From Geosiphon pyriformis uo1 (taxonomy: Eukaryota > Fungi > Glomeromycota): a stretch of 64,000 nt of DNA. Shown piece by piece: positions 27,160 through 41,227 of this stretch. A model generated the notes under the pieces. It did not search any database, was not told the DNA's origin, and saw only the letters and a program-made list of their open reading frames with translations. The DNA is taken from assembly GCA_016748015.1 (NCBI GenBank), contig JAAOMT010000752.1, positions 256,976 to 320,975 on the forward strand, written 5' to 3'. The first letter of the stretch is position 1. Each line of letters opens with the position of its first letter. Made by a program: the position numbers and the translations under genes.

Positions 27160-30100
27160 AATTTGTAATTTGTAATTGAAATGATCAAATTCGATAACGT
27201 GAATTAAAAATGATTTTTTTCTTAAAAATCTTTTAAACTTTGCCATTTTCAGGGATTTATTGAGACGCCCTAATTTCGATGATCGACGAATAAAGCAATA
27301 ATTCATGGGGATCCTTATTGAACCGTAGAACGTTTCAATGAACCCAAAAGTGTACACGATCAAAAATTGAACAAATTTTTTTCTTTTAATTTCTTGCCAA
27401 GAATGTATCAAAGAAAATATTTATTATATTGTTTTTTATTTTTTTTAGATAAACGAGAGATTAAGGAATTCTTAATGTTTGGAATACATTTTATGAAATA
27501 ATTTTTAATTTTAATTTGAAAATTAAATTTGAATCGGAATGATTAAAAAAAAAATTAGAGTTTTCCCAATATCTTATTAAGATCAACTTATTAAAAGATT
27601 TTTTATAATAATAATACTTTTTAAATTTTTATTTATTTTATAATTATTTTTAGTAAATCAAAATAAAACCTTTTTTATTTTTTTCAATAAAAATATTATT
27701 AAAAAGAGGATTTTTAATTATAATTTTTAATTATTATTTATTTAATTTTATTAATTGAATATTAAAGTTTATATATTTTCTAATTTTTTAAATACTTGGA
27801 ATTTTATCTAAAAATTAAGTCAAAACATAACTTAAAATAAAAAAACATAACATAAAATAAAATAAATAAAAAGTTCTTTAAAAATTAGTTTGAAAATATA
27901 ATGAAATTTAAACTTTTAATAAGATTGTATTATTGTTTTAACAACATTTGTGTTATCAAGACTAAAATTTTAAATAAAATAGTTTTATAATTTATGTATA
28001 AATATATATATATATACATAATAGTAATCAAATATTTTTGATCTCAATAATATTTAAACCATTTTAACCTAAAAAATTTAAAAATCAATACATATTTATT
28101 CACAAGATCACTTGGAAATTGATTCTTCAAAATTTGAGCAAAGTTTTTTAGTTGTTGTTTAAAAAATTCAAAAAAAAATGTAATTAAACTTCTAATCTTA
28201 TACCAAGCTTTTGTAAAATGTTCTTTTTCGATAATAAGATTATATTGTCTTTTTTTATAAATCTCTCTAAATTAATTAAATCACTTTTTCCATTCTTTTT
28301 ACTATAAATTGTTCTAATTAATTGATATATTTCTTTTTCCCTTAACAATACCCCCATTTAAGCAATACAATTATCAAAAACTTTATCAGGAATAAGGATT
28401 TGCATTTCCTCTAAAATTCTGATTAATGCGCATAATAGTTTAATTCTCATGAGTCATTGATTGAAAAAAAGATTTATATAATAAAGAAAAAGTATCATTT
28501 GTTAGATAATCCTAATATGTTTTTAAAAAAAAAATACAGTTCTTACATTCTGAATGGTACTCAGAGTTTTAGATGATAGTCTATTTTTTTCATTAAAATC
28601 ATATGCAAATCAACTTAAAATAGAAATTTACTGAAACCACATCTTTAACTCTTAAAGTATAAAAATAATAATTGTTTTTATTGAAAAACTAATATAATGT
28701 TAGACCAATTAAAAACTAGATCAAAATTTTTGAAAGTGTTCTATTTACCATTTTTCTTTTATATACATACGGGGAAATATAATAATAAAAAATCTAAAGA
28801 ATTATAATCAAATTTAAAGATCACTTTTGATTTTATTGATTTCCCAATTTATTCGACCTAATTTTCTCTTTACCAGGAATAAAAATAATTCTATATTTTT
28901 GACATGGGGAGTTACAATTATAGTACGATATAATTTTAGAAGTATGAATTTTATTAGTGTTAGGGAAAGGTATTTGAAATGTTCTTTATATACATATAAA
29001 AAACCTATAATTTTTTATTCGAAACTTATTCACTCTCTAAATATATGGTACTTAAAAATACTTTTTAACTTGTTTTTCACTTGAAATTCCGTTTTTATAA
29101 CATAAAAAATCTTTGAATTTCAAAATATTATCATAAATTTTGAAATTTATTTTTTAACTCTTTGAAAAAGTGGGGATTACTTATATAAAAAATATTATCC
29201 AAGAATCTACTAGAGACACGGAATTCTCAATAATAAAATGTTCTATGCAAAAAGAACAAAAGATCTTTTAAAATTGAAGTCACCAGGTCCTGTCTACAAA
29301 ACTGCTTAAATGCAAGGAGAAAATATATTCTTATGAATAAGAGTAAAGTATCCTAGAAAAGAGATATCAATGAAAGAAACAAACATGTCCCTTATCTTAA
29401 AGATTTAGTTTTCACAAATTTACCTTACAATTCAATTAATGCCAAATAAAGGAACAAAAGCAAATGAAAAAAATCTTTTATGGCATCAATATTATAAAAT
29501 CATTCATTCATAATAATATAATCTAAATTCGTATACATCTCAAACAATACTTCTCTTTGGTCATCAAATTTTCAATTCAAATTAAATACTCAAAAAAAAG
29601 GGTGTATTGTTATCTGTAGAATTTCTTCTTCAAGGAATAGGAACTTTTGTGAATAATAACCTTTTAAGTTTTAATTCGAAAATAGGTTTTAATTGAGTTA
29701 GTTAGCTCCTTCGTTAAACTTCTCATTAAAGTAATCAAAAACTCTAGGAGAAACCATGTCAATATTCAAGAAAAAAAAACAATTGAATGTTTCTACAAAA
29801 AAAAAACTTGGATTCATTTTTTCTCAAGTATCATTTTATGTTCAAATTGATTTCAAACTATAGACTTAAAGGAGAATCAAGAATCAACTATTTCAACGGT
29901 TTTCAAAAATCGCCAGTCATCTGATTTATGGCTAAATAATTGAATCAATTAAATAATCGTAATCGAAAAACAGTTTGCATTTAAAATAATAGCAATTATC
30001 CTCTTTTATGCCAGTCGGCATATCTAAATGTAATATTATGCATGTTTTGCATTTCAAACTCGTGATAAGATAAATATAATGGTTATTTTCATTTTTCCTA

Positions 30101-30646
30101 AAGGAAAATTTTTGGCTTTTTCGACCACCACTAATTTTTAATAACATGTAGGATAATTTTATCCCTGCGAATTTTACGCATATTGCGCTATATCATGTGA
30201 GTGGTAAATTTTTTTAGGATACTATACAATTTCAAACTTGACCATAATTTCGAGCTTTTTCTTTTCTTCCTTATCAGGGAATTAGCCTTCAAAAGCTATC
30301 CTGCTGAATCACACAATACACAATGAGAACAAATGAGACCACTAAATTCGAATTTCATTTATGATAAAAAGATTTATCGATAATTGATGCGGACCTCCTA
30401 AGTTTCTATAGAATGTTCAATTATTATCTCCTTGAATGCATAAAGGGTTTAATCAAGTTATTCCTTTGGTATATGACCATTGTTTAGATATCCAACTAAT
30501 TTAGTACAAATATGACAACTTTTTCATGACAAGTTTCGTGAATTGTGCAAAAGAAATCAAAATAAAATATATTCGATCAAAAGAAAGTTTTACTATTTCT
30601 CACACGGATTTAAATATATAACAGTAAATTTTTGATAATAATAAAC

Positions 30647-30763
30647 ATGAATCGTCATCATCCATTTGAGCATCAATATTTCAGCACTCATAGTGGAAGA
30701 GGAAATGTTTATCCACCCTCTGAATATCAAAAATTTTACACTTATCGCCCGAGAATTCTAGCT

Positions 30764-30796
<33 letters not shown>

Positions 30797-33700
30797 CAAC
30801 AGAGCTGTGATAATAGTACGGTTATTGATAGAACTCGCGTTGGTGGCAACTTCACCCCAGCTACGGAATCACCATTTAGGCAACGCATACATCAACGTGT
30901 TCAGGGAAATAATCCATCGTTGACACCTGCTACTAATGTTCGCTTACCGGGTAGGCGACAAGCTGTTCATGGTGCTCTACCAAGACAACTGTCAACTAGA
31001 AGTTTGCCTGTTATACCGAATGTCGAAGACCAAAACGGGATGCTACTTAAAGATAACAACAAGACCCAAATGCCTGATTATTCTCAAAATTTTTCTACAA
31101 CCCAAGAAGAGATCTTAAACATTGACAGTCAGCAACAAGAGCTAAATTCAAACAATCCCCAACATCACAAACAGCAATTATATTTCCACCAGCCAAATTT
31201 GCCGCACCAAAAATTTCATGTTAATCCAACACAAAACCAAGGCTGTAATCAATATTACATGCATCAAATCTATAATCCAGCACCGGTGAATTTTGGTTTG
31301 ATTCAAATGCAACAATCGACAAACCAGAACGAAGGATTCCCAATGTACCCTGCTGATCTTTCACAAGACCATATCATGCTTGACCCGAAAAATTTAACTC
31401 AACAGCAGTTCTCATTTCAACCTGAAACACAAATCCAACGTCGAAACGGAAGCAGATTTGCCCATTTAAACTCATTGGGACAATTGCCTCAAAGAAACCA
31501 GCAAGATTCAACTCAATCAGGTCCGGTCAAGAAACGCAAAATTACCAGACAATCATCTTTGAATGCTTCCCCTTATCAATCATTAGGTCATCCGAAACGT
31601 GAATCAATTACCAATTCCACCCCTGTAAATTTTCAGAGCCGTCTTAATGTTAATCAAGAACATCAAAACAAGCCATCTCTATCCCAGAACAATGGATCAT
31701 TGGTTTCTCAAAATACCTATATTCATAAACCCTCAAGTCAACATGAAATTAAAATTTCCGAGTCAACTCCGAATCCAATACGAAAGGAAGATTTCCAGTC
31801 ACTCGCTAATAAAAAATACCCACATGATTCTGGCATCTCTCGAATGCTTACAGAAACGGCACCAAACGAAACTCTTGAGCCTGCTCAATATACAGTACCA
31901 AATAATTATATTCAACAAGTTCCTGCAACTACAAAAGACCTTCTTTTTCAGGAATTATTATATACAGCGCCAACTACAAATCTTGAACCCAAACCAAACA
32001 CATTGAATAGTACCGCTATTTATCAATTTGAACAGCCAAATTTTAAATCTTCGATATTCCCATCCCCAGATTTTACTCCTTCTTTTATCTATCAACAAAA
32101 CCCAAATCCTCAAAAGCAATTCGATGCCGAAAATTTTCCCGATAAAAGCACAACAGCCCTCATTCAAAGTTCAGAAGCCATTCCGCCAATAAATCAAACT
32201 CAAACTGAATCACCATGCAAAAATATTTCTTCTGAGTCTATTACCAAAGATACAAATTCAGTAGTGTTTGAAAACCTTGGAATTGACCAAAGCATCGGTG
32301 TTCAACTTTTAAATGGACAATCCAACTCCATGGCGCCAATTACAGAAATTGAAGGAATGTCGGCAGATAATTTTTTTACCGAAAACCTTGGCTTTGAAGA
32401 ATTCTATCTTACAGAAGGTGAACTCTTGCAAAACCTTAATTCCACTAATGATATTTTTTCTCAGAGTATTGCCCCTTACAACGATCAAATAATAGAATGG
32501 GATCAAATCTTTGACCCAATTATGACAGATCTCGAAGCCGTTGAGTCAACATCAAATTTTAATTTAGACATTTTCGGGGCTCAAGGGAACTCTGATATGT
32601 CAGCCCAAAATGTACAAGTTACTCAACAATCTCAACAACAAAATCAGGATCATGTAACAATTCAACAGCCTGTATCTCTGCAAAACAACGAATCTTTAGT
32701 AAATTCTTTTGTAGATGGCTCACTTCAAGACGATTCAATCAGTAGGAAATCACAACCCAACAAAAATGATGGTCAAGAAGTTGAATCCTCAAATTCTGAC
32801 ACCTCTTCAGATAATGGCCAAGCATCGTTGGCTGACTCCCACGCAGAACAAGATGATGCATCTGCTAGCTTTCACAATCAAAACAAACGCGATGACAAAT
32901 ATTTCAAACCAACCTACATCTTACGTAATCAAGATAGATTCGAGTTTTTCCATTATTTAATGGAAAGGTTAGAAGGGTTGGCGAATTTGTTCTCAAACTC
33001 TTTTCAAACTCCGGGTGACTTTTCGGACCTTTGGGATAGACTTTGGTTAATTCTTAAAGGCGAATGCACTTATATCCAACGTTTATTGGAGGCATCATCC
33101 TACAAAGTATGTGATTTTCCACAAAGTCATTCCAAATACCCAGCTCGAATGGTCGACAAGTACCTGATGGACCAACAAGTATTGCCCCCTCACGTAGAGG
33201 GATTCATTTGCCCGTTACGGCTAGATAAAGACAAGAATGACGTTTTTCGCAGTGCTTCGGTATGTCTTAACGCGACTCCAGTTGGTATGGATAAAGAAAG
33301 TTATCATCAAGAACTTCGTGTTAGAACAATCTTAGAAATGATTTGTCGCGCAGATAAAAATCGAAAAAATTTCGAAATCCATGCCGAAGAAGTTACTGCA
33401 AAGTATAAATTTCTCAACACCAATTACGCCTTCTACTTTTCAGAAAAGGCGTTAGATATTATAAGACATTTTCAAGATATATCCCCTTCTTCCGATAGCT
33501 ATATTCCAACACTTTGGCAAATCGAAGCATACCTCACTTGCTTTAGGAATCATCAAGGAGGGGTTCCCCAGTTAAACGTAATGGCAAATTTGATGAAAGC
33601 GAGTTTTATGACTGTTAACCCGGCCCAAGAACAAGATATTCGATATATGTGGCCAATTTCTTGTAAAGGAAACTCACAACGAATTTTTCGAATGTTTGTG

Positions 33701-33967
33701 TCCAAGTCGGATTCACTAGCCTTGGACCAAAGTTTAAACGAAACTCCCTTAAGCGGAAATCTTTATTTCACACCTTTAATAAGGCCCAGTGATTTGGCTA
33801 AAGGCGAATCAAGTAAACACGTCACTGATTTGGAGATAGGCGCATTCGAAGGCCCAAGCTCAAAAAAGAAAAATAGCCGACCAAAGAAGGAAAAGCCTGC
33901 TAGCGAAATTTTCACATCGACTGGATCACGGGAGCCCAATCCTTTGTATAAATTAAATTCAAAATAA
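30647..33967 (+). CDS. Large intronless protein: Q/N-rich disordered N-terminus plus C-terminal vertnin-like (OTU-fold) domain lacking catalytic residues
   Basis: First ATG at 30647 in the 1111-codon ORF. CPLRLDKDKNDVFRSASVCL...HQELRVRTILEM...EAYLTCF....G.PQLNVMANLM...VNP...GNLYFTPL follows the OTU/vertnin pattern. NLS-like VKKRK and KKKNSRPKK; acidic-hydrophobic segment near aa 580-650. Confidence 0.75.
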
Positions 33968-34899
33968 TCAACTTTTCTATAATAGAGAGAAATATTAAAA
34001 ATTTTTATTTTAGAATATTGTAAATTTAGAGATACGCTTCAAGTTCAAAAAATTTTAACAAATTCAATTATTAACCAGTTGTGAAAGGGTTGTTTCATTC
34101 CGTACTTTTGTCTTTACAACCCTGTATTTCAGATATCAGAATAAGACTACGTTGTTCAAGTTTACAGCAAAAATAGCCAACAATTTAACTTGAAAAATAC
34201 TTGATAAAACGTTATGTGAAGAGACCGACCAATATTTGTAAAATGGTAAGCGGTTGCATTCAACTCGACCCTTTTTTTCCAAAAAATTGAGAAATCTCAT
34301 CATTTGACAAAAAGTGAAGCAAAATTTACTCATATTTATTTATCAAAGAAAAGGAAATTCTCATCCAAATTTATTCAAAAAGTCATAGAAAAATTTTGTT
34401 GGTATCATATTTCAAGGTTAAAACACAACATTTAATCAAAAATTATCTTATAAAAAGTAGGAGTATTTTCAAGCTTAATAATATGGAGAGGGAATGATTA
34501 AAGCATCTTAAAAAGCATTTAAACTACAAAAATCTAATGTCCCACCAAAAAGATTTTTGTAATTTGAAATGGGCTTAAATGTGTTGTTGATAAAAAATCA
34601 TAATTTGCCAAGTTGATTCGAATAAGATGAAAATGTTCACGTTGGAAGCGATTTTGATGATCTCCAGGTGATAATGCCTGGGTAAAAATTTTAGGGGAAA
34701 GGGTTATCAAATGATTTCCAAGTTCAAGAGAATTTTAGAGAAGAAACAAAAAATTATAATCAAAAGGATAGCAGGATTAAGGAAATCTTATTAAATCAAA
34801 GAAAGAAAAGCGAAAAATATTAAGAACCAAAAAATGCCAAGTGACTGCGAGTGAAAACAATAATCATTGTTCTTTCAAAGGAGATAGCCAGACAAACTA

Positions 34900-36054
34900 T
34901 TAATCGTAAAGCTTCATCCCATAAAAGCGATGGAGATTATGAAACGACTGCAATGGATCAAACGCGTATTTCGTACACCCTTTAAGAATTTCGTCATATT
35001 CCTCATGCGAAATTCCAAGTAAACTAGTAATCATTGGTGCAAGAGCCTGATAAAACATAATTATATTTTCTTTACTAATTTCACCGGCGCGACCACCTCG
35101 ATCAGAGTACGATAGCATTTTTGTTTTGTGAGCGATGCTTATTAGGCTTCCGGTTGAATTTAAAAAATTCTGAAGTTTACCGGACGTGATGTGTAGGTCT
35201 ATTCCTAATCTTCGCAATGATTTGAACCCTAAATAGGAAAAAAAAATGATATTTATACCTGATAACAATAGATCGAATCAAATATTCACAAAAAAATTTT
35301 CCACTCACATTCTTCCATCAATAGCTCCAACTCTGGCGGTGAATTAGTTATTTTCATATCAGTCTCCTCAATTTCAATCCAACCACCAATTTTTGTCACT
35401 CGTATTAGTTCAGGGATAACTTGCTCTTGCCAATCTCTTTCAGTGAAAGCCAAATTGAGCAAACTTGCTCGAACAAAATCGAAGTGACCATCTGTTCAAA
35501 AAATATCCTATTTGATGAATATAATATTACAAAGATTAGAATATCCAATGGAAAATTATTTTTAGTTACTTGGAAATGGTAGTCCGCGTAAAATATCTGC
35601 TCGTTCGAAATGTGTGTTGAATGGTTTAATCTCGCTGGGAAAAATTGGAACAATATCGATTCCGTAGAATTCTGTTTTGTCATATTGTGATGCCATATCC
35701 AATAACCATGTACCTGGACCACATCTAATTCAATAATTACCCCGATGGTATTTAGTATCACTTTGATAAAATGAAAAAATTTTATTGCTACTTTTTAAAT
35801 ACCTACCCAACATCTAAAACACGAGCACCTTCTCTTAATTTCGGTTCGATTGGTGAGGAGAAATTCCCTTGCCATAGGTGTCGAAACAAAAAATGTTGAA
35901 TTGCTAATCGATCACATTCTAGTTCGTCTGATGGTAACGGGTAGAGTGAATCGGGGACATTATTGAACAAGCGACCGTTAACCGCGCGAAATGGTTCACG
36001 AGGTTTATCTTTTCGTTTCTTTCTTCGTCGTTCGATTGAAGCAGAATTACCCAT
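34900..36054 (-). CDS. Class I SAM-dependent methyltransferase (LaeA-like), ~304 aa
   Basis: Exons 36054-35807, 35724-35570, 35491-35309 and 35228-34900. YPLPSDELECDRLAIQH, VLDVGCGPGTW, FYGIDI, ADILRGLPFPNGHFDFV, ELIRVTKIGGWIEIEE. N-terminus MGNSASIERRRKKRK. Confidence 0.9.
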
Positions 36055-39000
36055 GATAAAAAGTAAAAATTCAGCCTCCTTTGTCGTAAAAAAATTTTTC
36101 CAAAATGGAAAAAGTATTATCTGGTATGATATTAAAGAATATCTGATAAAATAGAATTATCGAATATCGAAAAAACCGCAAAATTCGATGAATGGGTAGT
36201 TATTATAATATTCTTCTGTGAATTAAAAAAGTAAATTTCACCAAATAAAGAAGTGGTTTATCAACATACAACAAATGCTTCTTACTTCATGCGCCCTCTA
36301 GACCAAAAATGGATTGATTGAGTGGTAAGTCCCGCTCAAACAATCCAAACGATTATATGACAATGCAGGTTTAGAACGAAATTGGATAACAACACATTTT
36401 TAGATTATTTTCGGGATTTTAATATGCACTAGGTGATTCCATGTATGGTGCGGGTACTTTTTTCAACAGGTGATAATTATCGATAAAAGATCTTTCCAGG
36501 TTCTGTTTCTAGGAAGAAAAAATATTAAAATTTTAAAATGGCGCCATATTGTTTTTCTAAAGCTTGCCAAACCTTTTTGTTTATGGACTTATTCGCTGTA
36601 TAAGCTCTGCATAAAAACTTTAATGAAGAGAAATTTAATTAACACAAGAAATGTTGTTCAAATAGGAAAAGATTTAATGAATAAATGCCACGAGCAAGAT
36701 TATATGCAGCTACTTCCTAGAATATATTTTTAAAAGCTTGTATAAAAGATGTAAAGCTGCTTTAGAAATACTTGTATCTATATATTTTAATACATAGCTA
36801 AGACTTGATGTCTTTGTTTCTCTGACAATTTTGAGTTAGCCTCTAGCTATCTATATAAGGTGTGAATCGGACACAAAAAATATACGATATAGGAGTAACA
36901 TAGACGAATGCATTCTTATTTTGTGTATGTTTTGTGCTTTAGTAGTGTATTGTAAAAAATATATATATTTTGGGACAAATTTCAAAAAGAATTCAAGAAA
37001 ATAAAAATATAAACAATGTGGCAGCAAGATCCTTTTTTTTTTTTTTGGCAGCGAAATTTCGTGATTAAGGTCAGTTAAAATAAAGGCAAAGATTTTTAGC
37101 TATTTTTTCGAAAAAGGACAATGAATTTTTATAATTAATTTATCTATTGTTTTTATTTTTTTCTCTAAAGTTCACAACAATGATTGTCATTGTAAAACTT
37201 TTGTCAGCATCATGAAATCCATTTGATTTGCATATGTGTTATATTTATTTCCAACAAGAATTTTCGGCGCTTATTTTTGTGCTACTTGAATTTGTGTCTT
37301 TTTAAATTCACGGAAACAAGGTTTCGAGAGGCATTAGTTTCAATGCAACTTTAGCCATCTATTTTTTCAAGTTTTCTCGATTCAAATTTTTTTAGTTGCA
37401 TCTGCTTTTAATGACCATTTTTCGATTCAAGCTACAAACACTATTGATAGATTTTTTTTACTTATGATAATCAAATTTGAAAATTTTAAATCCGTTTACG
37501 AGTTTCATTCAAATCTGTTAATTTTTATGGGCCAAGCACTAAATTTAATGCTTTTTGCAAGTTTACTTTTAAATTTTCATAGTCTCCGAAGGCAAAGATA
37601 GAACTAAAATATAAAACGAGATTTTGATTATGTTTTAATTATTATGATTTCTGACCACATTTTTAATTAAAAGTGCTGCTAAATTAAATAAAGTTTCCAA
37701 GAACTTTAATTTCAAACTTTTTCTATTCAGAAGAGTGGATATTCAATCAAAAAAATGAGGAAATTCGTTTTAAAACTACTTATTATAATCCCTCTTCAAA
37801 TCTTATTCAAATGAGTCTAGCTGAATGTGAATGAGTAAATAGAAAAAGATGAAACTGCAAAGTTTCCGGGATTCAAGGTGTTTCGATACGTTGGGTGATA
37901 AGGGTAATGGTGGGTGAGTTGACATAAATTCTCTATTATTTGAATCATCTTCGAATTTGCTTTTTTCTTCACTCCCTGGATATTTTTTTTAGCAAAAAAA
38001 ATTCTTTTCTATTACAGAATTCGTTACAAGAAAGGTACCAATTGTGGTTTGCCTTTTAATGGGCGATAATTTTATACTGGTTTAAGTTTTAATAGAATTA
38101 ATTTTCTGTACTGAAATATAGTAAACCATACCTTATTTCTGTTCTATCAAAAAAGGAAGTTGTAGGTTTAATCCTTAGCAATACATACTAAAATTATTGT
38201 AGAATAAATATGATTTTTATTATGTCAAAGTATTTTTTCAACATTTTTTGGTTATTATTTTATACTATTATTCCATCCAAAACTTAATACAAACCTTTAC
38301 ATGCATTTTTGTTTTTTCTGTTACAGTCAATTCAATGATATTCAATTTTAAAATCATATATATGATTTGTCATTATAGTGCCTTGTAAATAAAAAATTAT
38401 TAATTTTAATAAAAAAAATTTTTACTTATTTATCAATTTAAGATTAACTAAACTTATGATGTATAATTATAAAAATAGACGTTTTATACAAGTGTTTAAA
38501 AAAATTAAATTTTAACATTTGTATAGTAAAAAAATGCTATTATTAATTTGTTTAATAAAAAATAACATATGCAAAAATAAAATCAATTTTAAATTAATTA
38601 AAACAATCATAAAATAAATTAATAAAATATTAATGACTTTTCAATTATAAATTTACACCAATGTTTTAATAATTTAATTAAATATATTATAAAAATTTAA
38701 AAATATCTTTTTATTGTTTTTTATGTTTTTTTACCAATAATCTAACAAAAATTAAATTAAAACTATTAGAAAATTTAATTTATAATTTTATTGTAAAAAA
38801 AACTTAAAATTATTATTTTGTTGAAATTTTTACTCATTTTTATCATTTTTTTAATCTTAACCAAAATATTAAAAAATATTAGCACAAAATTTTTCATTTA
38901 AAACAGGATATGTTTATTTTTTCTTATGTTTTCTGTCTTAATTCATAATTTTAATTGGTTTTTTTAGTATAAAATAATCAATATCGGTTAAATTTTTTTA

Positions 39001-41227
39001 ATTGTTTACTAATATGCACACATTTTATTATTATTTTAAATATATTATTCTTATAATTGAATTTTCAAATTTATAAATTATAATTTTTTTAATATGATAA
39101 TTATTAATATCACATATTTAGTCAATTTATTTTTAAAATTAGTTCTTAACTTGATTATTAACTCATATTATTAGCCTTATTATTGATTTGATTATCAATT
39201 TTTTTCTTAAATATATCAATAAAACTTTTTAAAGTTTAAAAAAATATTAATCACAATTTAATTCATTAGACATTAAACAAATTTTTAAAATTACAATAAA
39301 TTTGTTTTTATAATTTATTAAATAAAAATAATGATTAAAAATATAATTAATATTTTTTAATGAATTTTATTAATATTAATTGAAATATATAAAATTATAT
39401 TAGTTGTTATATCTTTATTAAAAATTACAAATTATTACATGCACTTTTATTTTACAAATTTAATATATATGAGGATTGCATTTTTTTTTGAAGATTAATA
39501 TTTGTAAGTATTTTTACAAAAAAAATTATTTCAGTTTAAATATAATAAAATTAAGTATTATAGACAAATTATCAAATTTGGTATTTTTTGTATGTAATTA
39601 TATAGTTTTTATACCAAATTAAATATATATCGTTAATTTTGTTATTTATAATCTTAATTGTTTAGTTTTGAAATATTACTTGAATGTTTAATTTAATAAC
39701 TATATATAAAAAATAATTAATAGATTAGAAATAAAATTATATAATGTGTTGAAATTATATCATGAAAATTCTAAATATTTATTATGATTTTATGTTATAG
39801 ATTTTTTTTAAAGTTTTCAAGTTTTCTTTGTTTTTAATCATGCAATAATCAATATATATAGTTTAAAACATAGTTTATTAAACATAATCTTGAATGAAAC
39901 TTTTTTTGAAAAAAATGGTAATATTATTTAAACTTGTCAAAAATTTTTTTGATAATATGATAACATATTAATAAGTTTCTCAATTTTTATAATTATACCA
40001 ATTGCAAAATTCATAAATAATTTAACAGATAAACTGGCATCTAAGAAAGTTAATACACTAGCCACAAATCTTTTATATAATGCAGATATAATGATTATGA
40101 AATTGTTTCAAGGTTTGCTATAACAGAATTGTAAACATATTCTTAACAATTTGATCAAGGTAACTAATAACAGTACAGTTATTCTCCTTGAGACAACAAG
40201 GAAACTGAATACATACAGCATACAAGTTATTGGTATGAGAAGTAATTTCCTGTAATGCATGTTTATGGTTCATTCTATTACCTTTGCAGAAGATCGGTTA
40301 CAAATTGCAGTTGTATAAGATAGTTGAGATCCGGAACGAAGTCTTTCCATTTGCATTGTCTTCTATAAGAGAATAAATGGGTGTTTTCATATTTCTTCAT
40401 CTATACAGTTCAATTCTGCCAACTTTTGTATACAGCCTAAGATGAAGTGATCATGCATTGGGGATATTATGCTAATGAAGCTAACTTCGGAAAGCTTGAA
40501 AGACTGGTGGAGTAAGGAATAAATGACTGGTATGTATCAAACTTCTGAGCTTTTGTGTTTAGGAGTTATTATTCTACAGGTATTTTGCTGACCTGGTGTT
40601 GCATATAAATTTCTCTTGAGGATAATTCTGGGTTTTCTTACTAAATCAAAGAGCAAATGGTACAAATTTCACGATTTGCTCAAAATTAATATACTATAAT
40701 ACAGGTCCTCCCGAGTGGTTGATCTTTGGCTAACAAAAAAATTTATTATTTGTGATTGAAGACATTTTTTTTGAGCCTATAGATATGATAATATAATCAT
40801 ATTGATTCCCATTAGGCAATTTCAACAAAACGAAATAAATCTTGCAAGTCTTTTAGAACATAATAGAAAGTTGTATAGGTTATTAAACTTTGAACGAGCG
40901 CAATGGAAAATGAACGATTTGATTATTTCGCTAAAGCGGATCACCGATTTCCCGAATGGCAAAAATTCCCACCAACAGTAATTATTTGTAGACCAAAAAC
41001 AAACGTTGTTTTAATCGTTCCACAGTCAGTGAAAAACTCAAAGAATATTAAATGGGTAGATAATAACAAAATAGTGATAATTAAAGATACTTCAAACAAA
41101 TAAGAACCGTATTATTTCTGCCCACCCAGGCTTTTTCCTTTTTTTCCCTTTTTTTAATGATGAATCCTAACTTATCCGAAAAAACTTATCACATATTACA
41201 TATTTAACTCAAAACCTCAGTTAAAGA

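Noticed and set aside
24431-30147. Numerous 60-120 aa ORFs in AT-rich intergenic DNA
   Set aside because: Many begin at TTG/GTG, show F/I/K/N bias from AT content, and have no motifs or consistent splice structure.
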